64,000 nt of DNA from Anaeromyxobacter sp. Lineage in GTDB: Bacteria; Myxococcota; Myxococcia; Myxococcales; Anaeromyxobacteraceae. The notes below the pieces were generated by a model. It searched no databases and was not told where the DNA came from. It worked only from the letters and a program-made list of their open reading frames with translations. The stretch is from NCBI GenBank assembly GCA_049840735.1, contig JASGJN010000020.1, positions 736,001 to 800,000 of the forward strand. Direction: 5' to 3'. The position numbers and the translations under genes were made by a program. Of this stretch, positions 43,297 through 51,889 are shown in pieces; the first letter of the stretch is position 1, and each line of letters starts with the position of its first letter.

Positions 43297-43982
43297 CCCT
43301 CGTGGCGCTCGCGCTCAGCCGGGTGCGAGTCCACGATGCTGCGCTGACGGACCTCGACGAGCGTGAACGGGCCGCGCTCCTGCCGGGCGCCGTGCCCAAG
43401 CGGCGGGCGGAGTACGCTGCCGGGCGCCGGGCCGCACGCGCGGCGCTGGCGAGGTTCCTGGGCCAGGCCGCGGAGGGGACCGCGGTGGTGCCCGCAGGAG
43501 CGGGGGGCGGCAAGCCGCTCGTCATCGACGCCAGCGGGGCGCCCCTGGCCGACGCCCACCTGTCCATCACCCACGCCGCCGGCCTGGCAGCGGCCGCCGT
43601 CGCACCGCGCCCGATCGGCCTCGACCTGGTGACGCTCGAGCCGCTCGAAGAGGCTTTCCGTGAGGAGGCCTTCGAGCCCGGGGAGATCGCGCGCTGGGAG
43701 GCGTGGATTGGCGCGGCCCAGGGATCCGTGCAGGGTCCCTGCGTGGCGTTCGCGGCCAAGGAGGCCGTCCTGAAGTGGCTCGGGACCGGGCTCGAGCTGC
43801 CCCTCCGCGCCGTCCGCGTCGAGCCCGCCGGGCCGGGGACCCCGACGCTGCTGGGCGATGCGGTGGCAGCGCTGTCGATGCCCGTGCGCGTCGAGAGCCC
43901 CCGGGGCACTGCGCTGCTCGAGGGCTGGATCGCGGCGTCCCCTCGGCGGGTGATGGTCGGGGTGTGCGGCTCCACGCCATGA
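43293..43982 (+). CDS. 4'-phosphopantetheinyl transferase (Sfp/EntD-like)
   Basis: KRRAEYAAGR, LSITH, IGLD, FAAKEAVLK; ATGA overlap with the PKS. Confidence 0.9.
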   Translation: MTLVALALSRVRVHDAALTDLDERERAALLPGAVPKRRAEYAAGRRAARAALARFLGQAAEGTAVVPAGAGGGKPLVIDASGAPLADAHLSITHAAGLAAAAVAPRPIGLDLVTLEPLEEAFREEAFEPGEIARWEAWIGAAQGSVQGPCVAFAAKEAVLKWLGTGLELPLRAVRVEPAGPGTPTLLGDAVAALSMPVRVESPRGTALLEGWIAASPRRVMVGVCGSTP

Positions 43983-44099
43983 GGGCACCCCTCGCGCTGG
44001 TGCCAGGCTCGGCTTCACGGACCGGGTCGCCGCCAGGAAGGGCAAGACTGGAAGCAAGCGGTGGAGAAGGTGGTAGATCTCGGCGTCGAGGAGGACGAC

Positions 44100-44345
44100 A
44101 TGGGCCTGATCTCCTGGATCGTGGTGGGGCTGATTGCGGGCTGGTTGACCGGAAAGATCATGGGCGGCCCGAGCAAGGGCGTCCTGATGGACATCATCAT
44201 CGGCCTGGTCGGCGCAGTCGCCGGCGGGTTCCTGGTGGGCCTGTTCGGACTGCGACCGGAAGGCGGCATCATCTACACGATCATCGTTGCGGTGATCGGA
44301 GCCGTGGTCCTGACCTGGATCTACCGCAAGGTGACGGCTCGATAG
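44100..44345 (+). CDS. GlsB/YeaQ/YmgE (transglycosylase-associated) membrane protein
   Basis: MGLISWIVVGLIAGWL..IIIGLVGAVAGG..IIVAVIGAVVL. Confidence 0.92.
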   Translation: MGLISWIVVGLIAGWLTGKIMGGPSKGVLMDIIIGLVGAVAGGFLVGLFGLRPEGGIIYTIIVAVIGAVVLTWIYRKVTAR

Positions 44346-44377
44346 AGGTCGCTCGCGGCCCGGGGGCCGCCGCCGCA

Positions 44378-44411
44378 GGAACCCCGATCACCGGCTGGCG
44401 ATCGGGGCTCC
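44378..44411. terminator. Hairpin between convergent genes (possible bidirectional terminator)
   Basis: GGAACCCCGATCACC-GGCT-GGCGATCGGGGCTCC. Confidence 0.6.
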
Positions 44412-44451
44412 CGACGCGGCGCCGGCGAACCGGATGCCGCGGACCGGCTCG

Positions 44452-45281
44452 CTACTGCTGGACCAGCTCCACCCGCCGGTTCCTTGCCCGACCCTCCTCC
44501 GTGGCGTTGCTCGCGACCGGCGCGATGGGCCCGGCGCCACGACCGACCATGCGTCCCGCGTCGATGCCCTGCTTGGCCACCAGCGCCTGCACCACCGCCT
44601 CGGCGCGCGCCTGGGAGAGCTTGAGGTTCAGGTCGAGCGAGGCGGTGTTGTCGGTGTGCCCCACCACGTAGACCCGGAGCGCGGGGTCGGCCTTGAGCAG
44701 CTTGGCGATTCTCGGCGAGCGCGACCTCCGACTCGGGCTTCAGGTCGGCCTTCCCCGTGTCGAAGAAGATGCCCGGCACCTCCACGTGGCCGCTCTTGCT
44801 CAGCCCGGCCTTGAAGACCTCGGCGCTGGCGGCGACCTCCTGCACCATGGCCTGCCGCTCGATGATGGTCAGCATGTACCCCTTGCCCCAGGCCGTGTCG
44901 ACCTGGGCCCAGATCTCCTGGCCGTCCTTCGCGACCTTGAGCCAGGTGTAACGATTGTCCTCGAACAGGACCGTCCCGCCGATCCTGGTGATGGCCTGCT
45001 GGTGGTTGCGGATGATCGCGAGCGGGCTGGGGTACGCCTCTCCGGTCCGGATCTCGGTAGCGCAGCTCGATCCGCTTCCCTTCCACGGTGGCGTCGGTCC
45101 CCTTGCCGGTCTTGAACTTCTGGCTGTCGAAGGGGAGCACCCTGCAGGTCGCGATTCGCATGGCGTTCATGCGGGTGAAGAGCGGGTGGTCGGTGCACCC
45201 GGCCGCGTCCGCGTCCGGAGCGGCGGCGTGGACCCGAACGGCGGCGGCGACCAGCACGGCGACGACGACCAGGCGTGTCAT
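44452..45281 (-). CDS. OmpA-family peptidoglycan-binding protein (frameshifts ~45055 and ~44710)
   Basis: Signal peptide, DHPLFTR N-terminal domain, IFFDTGKADLKPES, VVGHTDN..LSQARA..NRRVELV OmpA_C domain. Confidence 0.85.
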
Positions 45282-45741
45282 GACTCTCCTCCAGCTGAAG
45301 TGGGTCGGTCTCGAAGCCAACACGTGCTCCCTGGCCACGGGGACTGGGAGCGGAGGACATCCAGGGGCGCTCCAGGCAGCGCTGCTCTACGGAGCACCAG
45401 GGCAGGATGTCACCAACCGTCAAGCGAGCGGCCGTTGGCGCGCGGGCACGAGGCCGGCGCAGCTGAGCGCCTCGCGGGATGGTGACCACCGGCAGGGCGC
45501 CGCGAGAGCGCGTCGAGTCCGCTGGGGTGGGGCGCGCGGTGCCGCTTCCACCAGGGGACCGTCGAGAGCCTCCCGCCCGATGACGGTCCCTTCGACGGAG
45601 CAAGCGAGGGTGGCTTCGAGGCCCCAGTCCGTTGCTTCCAGGCCCTCCTGATCCAGGGTTGGCTCGCCCGCCGAAGCGCCCGTGCCGTCAGCTCGGGTAG
45701 GTGCAGACCTCCCCCTGGAGGGCCAATCGTCCATCTTGTCG

Positions 45742-45759
45742 CATGTGAGCGTTCACATG
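45742..45759. promoter_or_regulatory. LacI-family operator-like palindrome
   Basis: CATGTGAGCGTTCACATG, nearly identical to the symmetric lacO core TGTGAGCGCTCACA, ~145 nt upstream of chvE. Confidence 0.75.
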
Positions 45760-45903
45760 TATGTTGCACACGCGGATGTGCTTCGGGCCGGGAGCCCCGG
45801 TCGAGAGACGTACGACGTGGAGGCAACACGAGGACGCATCGCGTGGGCGTGTCACTGTCCGTGCGGGCGATTGCCAAACCTGGTGACTCGAACAAGGAGG
45901 CGC

Positions 45904-46971
45904 ATGATGAAGCCGCTCACGGCAGTCCTGGCTTTCCTCTGCATGGCACTCGTCGCCTGGGCTGCGCCAGCAGCCGCCGCGGACAAGGGCACGGTGGGCA
46001 TCTCCATGCCGACCAAGTCCTCCGCCCGCTGGATCTCCGACGGCGAGAGCATGGTCAAGGCGTTCCAGGCGAAGGGCTACAAGACGGACCTGCAGTACGC
46101 CGAGGACGACATCCCGAACCAGCTGGCGCAGGTCGAGAACATGATCACCAAGGGGGTCAAGGTCCTGGTGATCGCCGCGATCGACGGCACCACCCTTTCG
46201 GACGCGCTGCAGAAGGCCGCCGACAAGGGCATCAAGGTCATCGCCTATGACCGGCTCATCCGCGGCTCGAAGAACGTCGACTACTACGCGACCTTCGACA
46301 ACTTCCAGGTGGGCGTGCTCCAGGCGAACTCGATCGTCGAGAAGCTCGGCCTGAAGCAGGGCAAGGGTCCCTTCAACATCGAGCTGTTCGGCGGCTCGCC
46401 CGACGACAACAACGCCTTCTTCTTCTACGACGGCGCCCTCTCCGTGCTGAAGCCGTACCTCGAGAACGGCAAGCTCGTGGTGCGCAGCAAGCAGATGGGC
46501 ATGGAGAAGGTCGGGACGCTGCGTTGGGACGGCGCGGTCGCGCAGGCCCGCATGGACAACCTGCTGTCGGCCTTCTACGGCAAGGACCGCGTCGACGCGG
46601 TGCTGTCGCCGTACGACGGGCTCTCCATCGGCATCATCTCGTCGCTCAAGGGCGTCGGCTACGGCACGCCCAAGCAGCCCATGCCGATGGTCAGCGGCCA
46701 GGACGCCGAGATCCCGTCCATCAAGGCCATCCTCCGCGGCGAGCAGGGCTCCACCGTGTTCAAGGACACGCGTGAGCTCGCCAGGGTGACCGCCGAGATG
46801 GTCGACGCCCTCCTCTCCGGGAAGGCGCCGCAGGTCAACGACAACAAGACCTACCACAACGGCATCAAGGTGGTGCCCTCCTACCTGCTGAAGCCGGTGA
46901 GCGTGGACGCCACCAACTGGAAGGCCGTCCTCGTGGGCAGCGGCTACTACAAGGAAAACCAGATCCTGTAG
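45904..46971 (+). CDS. chvE: Multiple-monosaccharide ABC transporter binding protein
   Basis: [52 protein letters not shown]. Confidence 0.93.
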   Translation: MMKPLTAVLAFLCMALVAWAAPAAAADKGTVGISMPTKSSARWISDGESMVKAFQAKGYKTDLQYAEDDIPNQLAQVENMITKGVKVLVIAAIDGTTLSDALQKAADKGIKVIAYDRLIRGSKNVDYYATFDNFQVGVLQANSIVEKLGLKQGKGPFNIELFGGSPDDNNAFFFYDGALSVLKPYLENGKLVVRSKQMGMEKVGTLRWDGAVAQARMDNLLSAFYGKDRVDAVLSPYDGLSIGIISSLKGVGYGTPKQPMPMVSGQDAEIPSIKAILRGEQGSTVFKDTRELARVTAEMVDALLSGKAPQVNDNKTYHNGIKVVPSYLLKPVSVDATNWKAVLVGSGYYKENQIL

Positions 46972-46980
46972 GCTTGAGAC

Positions 46981-47018
46981 GCGCGGGGAGCCCGCCCCCG
47001 TGGGCGGGCGCCTCGCGC
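46981..47018 (+). terminator. Intercistronic hairpin after chvE (mRNA stabiliser or attenuator)
   Basis: GCCCGCCC-CCGT-GGGCGGGC stem extended by GCGCGGGG/CCTCGCGC. Confidence 0.5.
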
Positions 47019-47047
47019 AGCGACGCGGCCCGGCGAGCGGAGGGACT

Positions 47048-48586
47048 GTGGACGCACTCCTCGAGATGCGCGGCATCAGCAAGGCCTTTCACGGCGTGCC
47101 CGCGCTGACCGACGTGAACCTGGTGGTCCGCCAAGGCGAGATCCACGCCGTGGTGGGGGAGAACGGCGCCGGCAAGTCGACGCTGATGAAGGTGCTCTCG
47201 GGGGTCCACCCGCACGGAGAGTACAGCGGCGAGATCCGCTACCTGGGACAGGAGCGCCGCTTCGGCGGCATCGCCGACAGCGAGAAGCTGGGCATCATCA
47301 TCATCCATCAGGAGCTGGCCCTGGTCCCGCTCCTGTCCATCGCGGAGAACATCTTCCTCGGCAACGAGCAGGCCCGCCACGGCGTGATCGACTGGGCGCT
47401 GGCCCACAAGAAGACGCGCCAGCTGCTGGCCAAGGTCGGCCTGCGCGAGTCTCCCGCAACGCTCATCACCGACCTCGGCGTCGGCAAGCAGCAGCTCGTC
47501 GAGATCGCCAAGGCGCTGTCGAAGGAGGTCAAGCTCCTCATCCTCGACGAGCCCACGGCCAGCCTCAACGAGAGGGACAGCGACGCGCTGCTGGAGCTCC
47601 TGCTCGGGCTGAAGGCGCACGGCATCACCTGCATCCTCATCTCGCACAAGCTCCACGAGATCTCGAAGGTGGCCGACTCCATCACCGTGCTGCGGGACGG
47701 CGCCACCGTCGCCACCCTCGACTGCAGCGCCGGCCCGGTCAGCGAGGACCTCGTCATCCAGAAGATGGTCGGCCGCGAGATGACCGACCGCTACCCTCGC
47801 CGCACACCCCGCCCCGGAGAGACCGTCTTCGAGGTGCGCGACTGGCGGGTCTTCCACCCTCTCCACGCCGACCGCCAGGTGGTCAAGGGCGTGAACCTGA
47901 GCGTGCGGCGGGGCGAGATCGTCGGCATCGCCGGACTGATGGGCGCCGGCCGCACCGAGCTGGCCATGAGCCTCTTCGGCCGCTCCTGGGGCCGCCGCAT
48001 CAGCGGCAAGGTGCTCATGGACGGCCGGGAGGTCGACGTCGGCACCGTGCAGAAGGCCACCGCCCACGGGATGGCCTACGTCACCGAGGACCGCAAGGGG
48101 CTCGGGCTCGTCCTCAACGACAGCATCGCGCACAACACCACGCTGGCGCACCTGCCCGGCGTGTCGCGGCGCGGCGTCATCGACGACGGGCGCGAGCACA
48201 GGGTGGCCACGGACTTCCGCGCCAAGCTGGCCACGCGCTGCGCCGGGGTTCACCAATCGGTGGTCAGCCTGTCGGGCGGCAACCAGCAGAAGGTGGTGCT
48301 GGCCAAGTGGCTCTTCGCCGACCCCTCGGTGCTCATCCTCGACGAGCCCACCCGCGGGATCGACGTGGGCGCCAAGTTCGAGATCTACACCCTCATCGCC
48401 AAGCTGGCCGAGGAGGGCAAGGCCATCCTGATCATCTCGTCCGAGATGCCCGAGCTGCTGGGGATGTGCGACCGGCTCTACGTGATGAGCGAGGGCAGCC
48501 TCGTGGGTGAGCTCACCGCCGCCGAGGCGTCGCAGGAGCTGATCATGCGCACCATCGTGAAGGCCAGCGCCCGGACCGGGACGTAG
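47048..48586 (+). CDS. gguA: Sugar ABC transporter ATP-binding protein with two NBDs
   Basis: [35 protein letters not shown]. Confidence 0.92.
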   Translation: MDALLEMRGISKAFHGVPALTDVNLVVRQGEIHAVVGENGAGKSTLMKVLSGVHPHGEYSGEIRYLGQERRFGGIADSEKLGIIIIHQELALVPLLSIAENIFLGNEQARHGVIDWALAHKKTRQLLAKVGLRESPATLITDLGVGKQQLVEIAKALSKEVKLLILDEPTASLNERDSDALLELLLGLKAHGITCILISHKLHEISKVADSITVLRDGATVATLDCSAGPVSEDLVIQKMVGREMTDRYPRRTPRPGETVFEVRDWRVFHPLHADRQVVKGVNLSVRRGEIVGIAGLMGAGRTELAMSLFGRSWGRRISGKVLMDGREVDVGTVQKATAHGMAYVTEDRKGLGLVLNDSIAHNTTLAHLPGVSRRGVIDDGREHRVATDFRAKLATRCAGVHQSVVSLSGGNQQKVVLAKWLFADPSVLILDEPTRGIDVGAKFEIYTLIAKLAEEGKAILIISSEMPELLGMCDRLYVMSEGSLVGELTAAEASQELIMRTIVKASARTGT

Positions 48587-48596
48587 AGGAGACCTC

Positions 48597-49789
48597 GTGG
48601 AACCGTCCATCGCCGTCGCGACCGCGCGCCCCACGCAGCGCACCGCGCACTTCCTGAAGCAGAACCTGCGCGAGTACGGGATGCTGCTGTCCCTCGTGGC
48701 CATCATGATCTTCTTCCAGATCATGACCGAGGGCACGCTGCTGCAGCCCCTCAACCTGACCAACCTGGTGCTGCAGAACAGCTACATCGTCATCATGGCG
48801 CTGGGGATGTTGCCGCTGATCGTGGCCGGCCACATCGACCTCTCGGTGGGCTCCTCCAGCGGCTTCATCGGCGCGCTGGCCGCGGTGCTGATGGTGACCC
48901 ACGACTGGCACTACGTCCCGGCCACCCTGGCCTGCCTGCTGATGGGGGCCCTCATCGGCGCGGCCCAGGGCTGGTTCATCGCGTTCTTCAGATCCCCTCG
49001 TTCATCGTCACGCTGGCAGGGATGCTGGTGTTCAAGGGGCTGGCGCTGGCGCTGCTGCACGGCCAGTCGGTGGGCCCGTTCCCGTACGAGTTCCAGAAGC
49101 TGAGCTCGGGCTTCATTCCCGACGCGTTCTCCGGCGCCGAGCTCCGGCTCACGTCACTGCTGGCCGGGATCGTGCTTGCGGGCGTGATGCTGGCGCTGGC
49201 CTGGCGCAGCCGCCAGAACCAGCTCGAGCACGAGATGGAGGTCGAGCCCTGGGCGCTGTTCGTCGCCCGCAACGGCGCGTTCGCCGCCGTCATCGTGGCG
49301 ATCAGCTGGCTGCTGGCCTCGTACAAGGGGCTGCCCAACGTCCTCGTCATCATGCTCGCCCTGATGGTCGCCTACGACTTCATCACGACCCGCACCGTCC
49401 TGGGGCGGCGCATCTACGCGCTGGGCGGCAACGAGAAGGCCGCGCGGCTCTCTGGCATCCGCACCGAGCGGCTCTCCTTCTACGCCTTCGTCAACATGGG
49501 CGTGCTCGCCGCGCTGGCCGGCCTGGTCTTCGCGGCGCGGCTCAACACGGCCACGCCCAAGGCCGGCCAGGGGTTCGAGCTCGACGTGATCGCCGCCTGC
49601 TTCATCGGCGGGGCCTCGGCCGCGGGCGGCGTGGGCAAGATCATGGGCGCGGTCATCGGCGCCTTCGTCATGGGCGTCATGAACAACGGCATGTCCATCC
49701 TGGGCGTCGGAATTGATTACCAGCAGGTGATCAAGGGGCTGGTGCTCCTGGCCGCGGTCTTCGTGGATGTCTACAACAAGAACAAGTAG
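48597..49789 (+). CDS. gguB: Sugar ABC transporter permease (frameshift ~48992)
   Basis: GHIDLSVGS, IPSFIVTLAG across the junction, GRRIYALGGNEKAARLSGI, FELDVIAACFIGGAS. Confidence 0.9.
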
Positions 49790-49948
49790 GGCCGTCGGCC
49801 GGGAGCGGTTCGCGAGGGTTGCCCTGGCCGTCGCCTGCGACGAGTAGGGCGGCGAGCAGCGCCGACGAACGCCTGAAGCCAGCGCTGCGCGCCGCCGCGC
49901 ACCCTGCGGCGGGCCATCTGGAGCGCTCTCTTCCGTGATTCACTCTAA

Positions 49949-49976
49949 GTGGTAACGCCGCTTGTCGGTGCCGGTG
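49949..49976 (+). promoter_or_regulatory. Candidate ECF-sigma promoter, copy 1
   Basis: GTGGTAAC-N15-CGGTG upstream of exbB; identical motif and spacing at 55635-55662. Confidence 0.6.
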
Positions 49977-50026
49977 ATCCTCTGGCGTACGGCCGCTCTC
50001 CGCGGCCCTTCACCGGAGCCCAGAAG

Positions 50027-50680
50027 ATGACCCGCCAGCTGTTCGAGCTGTTCACCCGCGCCGGCGCGGAGTGGGTGATGTTCCTCCTCGTCCTCCTCTC
50101 GATCGCCTCGGTGGCGGTGATGCTGGAGCGCCTCCTCTTCTTCGCGCAGCGCGGCCGGGAGGTGCCCGGCCTGCTGGCGCTGCTCCAGTCCGGCCGCCTG
50201 GCGGAGGCCCGTGCGCTGCTGGGCGCGCGGCGCGGCCTGGAGGCCGACGTGGCCCGGGCGGCGCTGGCCGCGGCGGACGGCGGACCGGCCTCCGTCAAGG
50301 AAGCGGTCGAGTGCGCGGTGGCGGTGGGCCGCCCCGCCTACGAGCGCGGGCTCTCGTTCCTGGGCACGCTGGGCAACAACGCGCCGTTCCTGGGCCTGTT
50401 CGGCACCGTGGTGGGCATCATCAAGGCCTTCTCCGACCTGGCCGTGGGCGGCCCGCGCGGCGCCGGAGCCGCCGCCGTGATGGCCGGCATCTCCGAGGCC
50501 CTGGTGGCCACCGCGGTCGGGATCCTGGTCGCCATCCCGGCGGTGGTGGCCTTCAACGCGTTCCAGAAGCGGCTGCGCACCCTGACCGCGCGCGCCGAGG
50601 CGGGCGGCCACGCCCTGGCCTCCTGGCTCGAGCGCGACGACGTCCGCGAGGCTGCGCTCCGGCGCACCCACGCGGCCTGA
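50027..50680 (+). CDS. exbB: MotA/TolQ/ExbB proton channel protein
   Basis: FLGTLGNNAPFLGLFGTVVGII, GISEALVATAVGILVAIPA. Confidence 0.9.
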   Translation: MTRQLFELFTRAGAEWVMFLLVLLSIASVAVMLERLLFFAQRGREVPGLLALLQSGRLAEARALLGARRGLEADVARAALAAADGGPASVKEAVECAVAVGRPAYERGLSFLGTLGNNAPFLGLFGTVVGIIKAFSDLAVGGPRGAGAAAVMAGISEALVATAVGILVAIPAVVAFNAFQKRLRTLTARAEAGGHALASWLERDDVREAALRRTHAA

Positions 50681-50707
50681 CGCCCCCCAAGCCCCGAGGA
50701 GCCAGCC

Positions 50708-51130
50708 ATGGCCGCGCACACCGGCGGAGCCGACGACGCCATCACCGGCATCAACGTCACCCCGCTCGTCGACATCACCCTCGTCCTGCTCGTCGTCTTC
50801 ATGGTCACGGCCTCGTACATCGTGAAGGAGTCGATCGAGGTGGACCTCCCCCGTGCCGCCGCCGGGGGCGAGACGGTGGGGCCCACCCTGTCCTTCGTCC
50901 TCGACCGCGGCGGCCGCCTCTACCTGGACGGCCAGCCCGCCGATGCCGCCGCCGCCCGCGCCGCCGTCCGGGCCGCGCTGGCGCGGAGCCCGGAGGCGCG
51001 CGCCATCATCGGCGCCGATCGGGCGGTCTCGCACGGCGCGGTGGTCGAGGTGATCGACCTCGTCAAGCAGGAGGGGCTCACCCGCTTCGCCATCCAGATC
51101 GAGCGCAACGCCGCCGGGGACGTGCCGTGA
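50708..51130 (+). CDS. exbD: ExbD/TolR family protein
   Basis: INVTPLVDITLVLLVVFMV, ADRAVSHGAVVEVID. Confidence 0.92.
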   Translation: MAAHTGGADDAITGINVTPLVDITLVLLVVFMVTASYIVKESIEVDLPRAAAGGETVGPTLSFVLDRGGRLYLDGQPADAAAARAAVRAALARSPEARAIIGADRAVSHGAVVEVIDLVKQEGLTRFAIQIERNAAGDVP

Positions 51131-51885
51131 CCTCGCCGTCCGACCACCCCGCGTCGCGCGGCGCCGGCCGGGCCCTGGCGCTGGCCGGGACGGCAGCCGC
51201 CTCGCTCCTGCTGCATGGGGTGGGGTGGGCCGCGGCCGCGCGGCTCACGCCGCGGGCTGCCCGAGCCACGGCCCCCGTGACGGTGGCCTTCGAGGTGGCG
51301 CCGCCGCCCCCGGCGCCGGCGCGATCCACCCCGCCGCCGCCCCCGCAACCGGTCCCCGTCCGGCGCGCGGTCCACGCCTTCAGGCGCCCCACGCCGCCGG
51401 CGGCGGACCTGCCGCCGCCTCCGCCGCCCAGCGAGGCGCCGCCGCCCGACGCACCGGCACCCCGCGCCGCCCCGCGGGTGGGAATCACGCTCTCCTCCAC
51501 GGCCACCGGCGGCGCCTTCGCCGTCGGCACTGGCAACACGCTGTACGGGCGCGCCACCGAGACGGCGGGTGACCCTGCCGAGGCCCACCCCTACGCGGCG
51601 GTGCCGGCCGCGCGGCGCTCCGTCCAGCCGCGGCTCCTGGAGCGGCCGGAGATCGCCTATCCGCCGGAGGCGCGCCGTGCCGGCGTGCAGGGGCGGGTGG
51701 GGCTGCTCTTGCGCCTCGACGCGGAAGGGCACGTCGTCTCGGCCCGCGTGCTGGAGGACCCAGGCGCCGGACTGGGCGAGGCCGCCCGCACCGCTGCGCT
51801 CCGGTTCCGCTTCTCCCCTGCGCGGCTGGACGGGGCCGCCGTCGAGACCGAGCTGCGCTTCACCTACACCTTCGTCCTGGAGTGA
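51127..51885 (+). CDS. tonB: Energy transducer TonB
   Basis: TM with SLLLH motif, Pro-rich linker, YPPEARRAGVQGRV TonB_C domain. Confidence 0.88.
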   Translation: MTSPSDHPASRGAGRALALAGTAAASLLLHGVGWAAAARLTPRAARATAPVTVAFEVAPPPPAPARSTPPPPPQPVPVRRAVHAFRRPTPPAADLPPPPPPSEAPPPDAPAPRAAPRVGITLSSTATGGAFAVGTGNTLYGRATETAGDPAEAHPYAAVPAARRSVQPRLLERPEIAYPPEARRAGVQGRVGLLLRLDAEGHVVSARVLEDPGAGLGEAARTAALRFRFSPARLDGAAVETELRFTYTFVLE

Positions 51886-51889
51886 ATTC

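Noticed and set aside
31806..43982. Canonical pfa PUFA synthase assignment
   Set aside because: No PfaD-type enoyl reductase, the KS/CLF order is reversed, no clear tandem FabA-type DH pair, and the ACP motif differs
45290..45740. Gene or ncRNA in the long ompA-chvE intergenic region
   Set aside because: ORFs there lack codon bias and motifs; no recognisable RNA family
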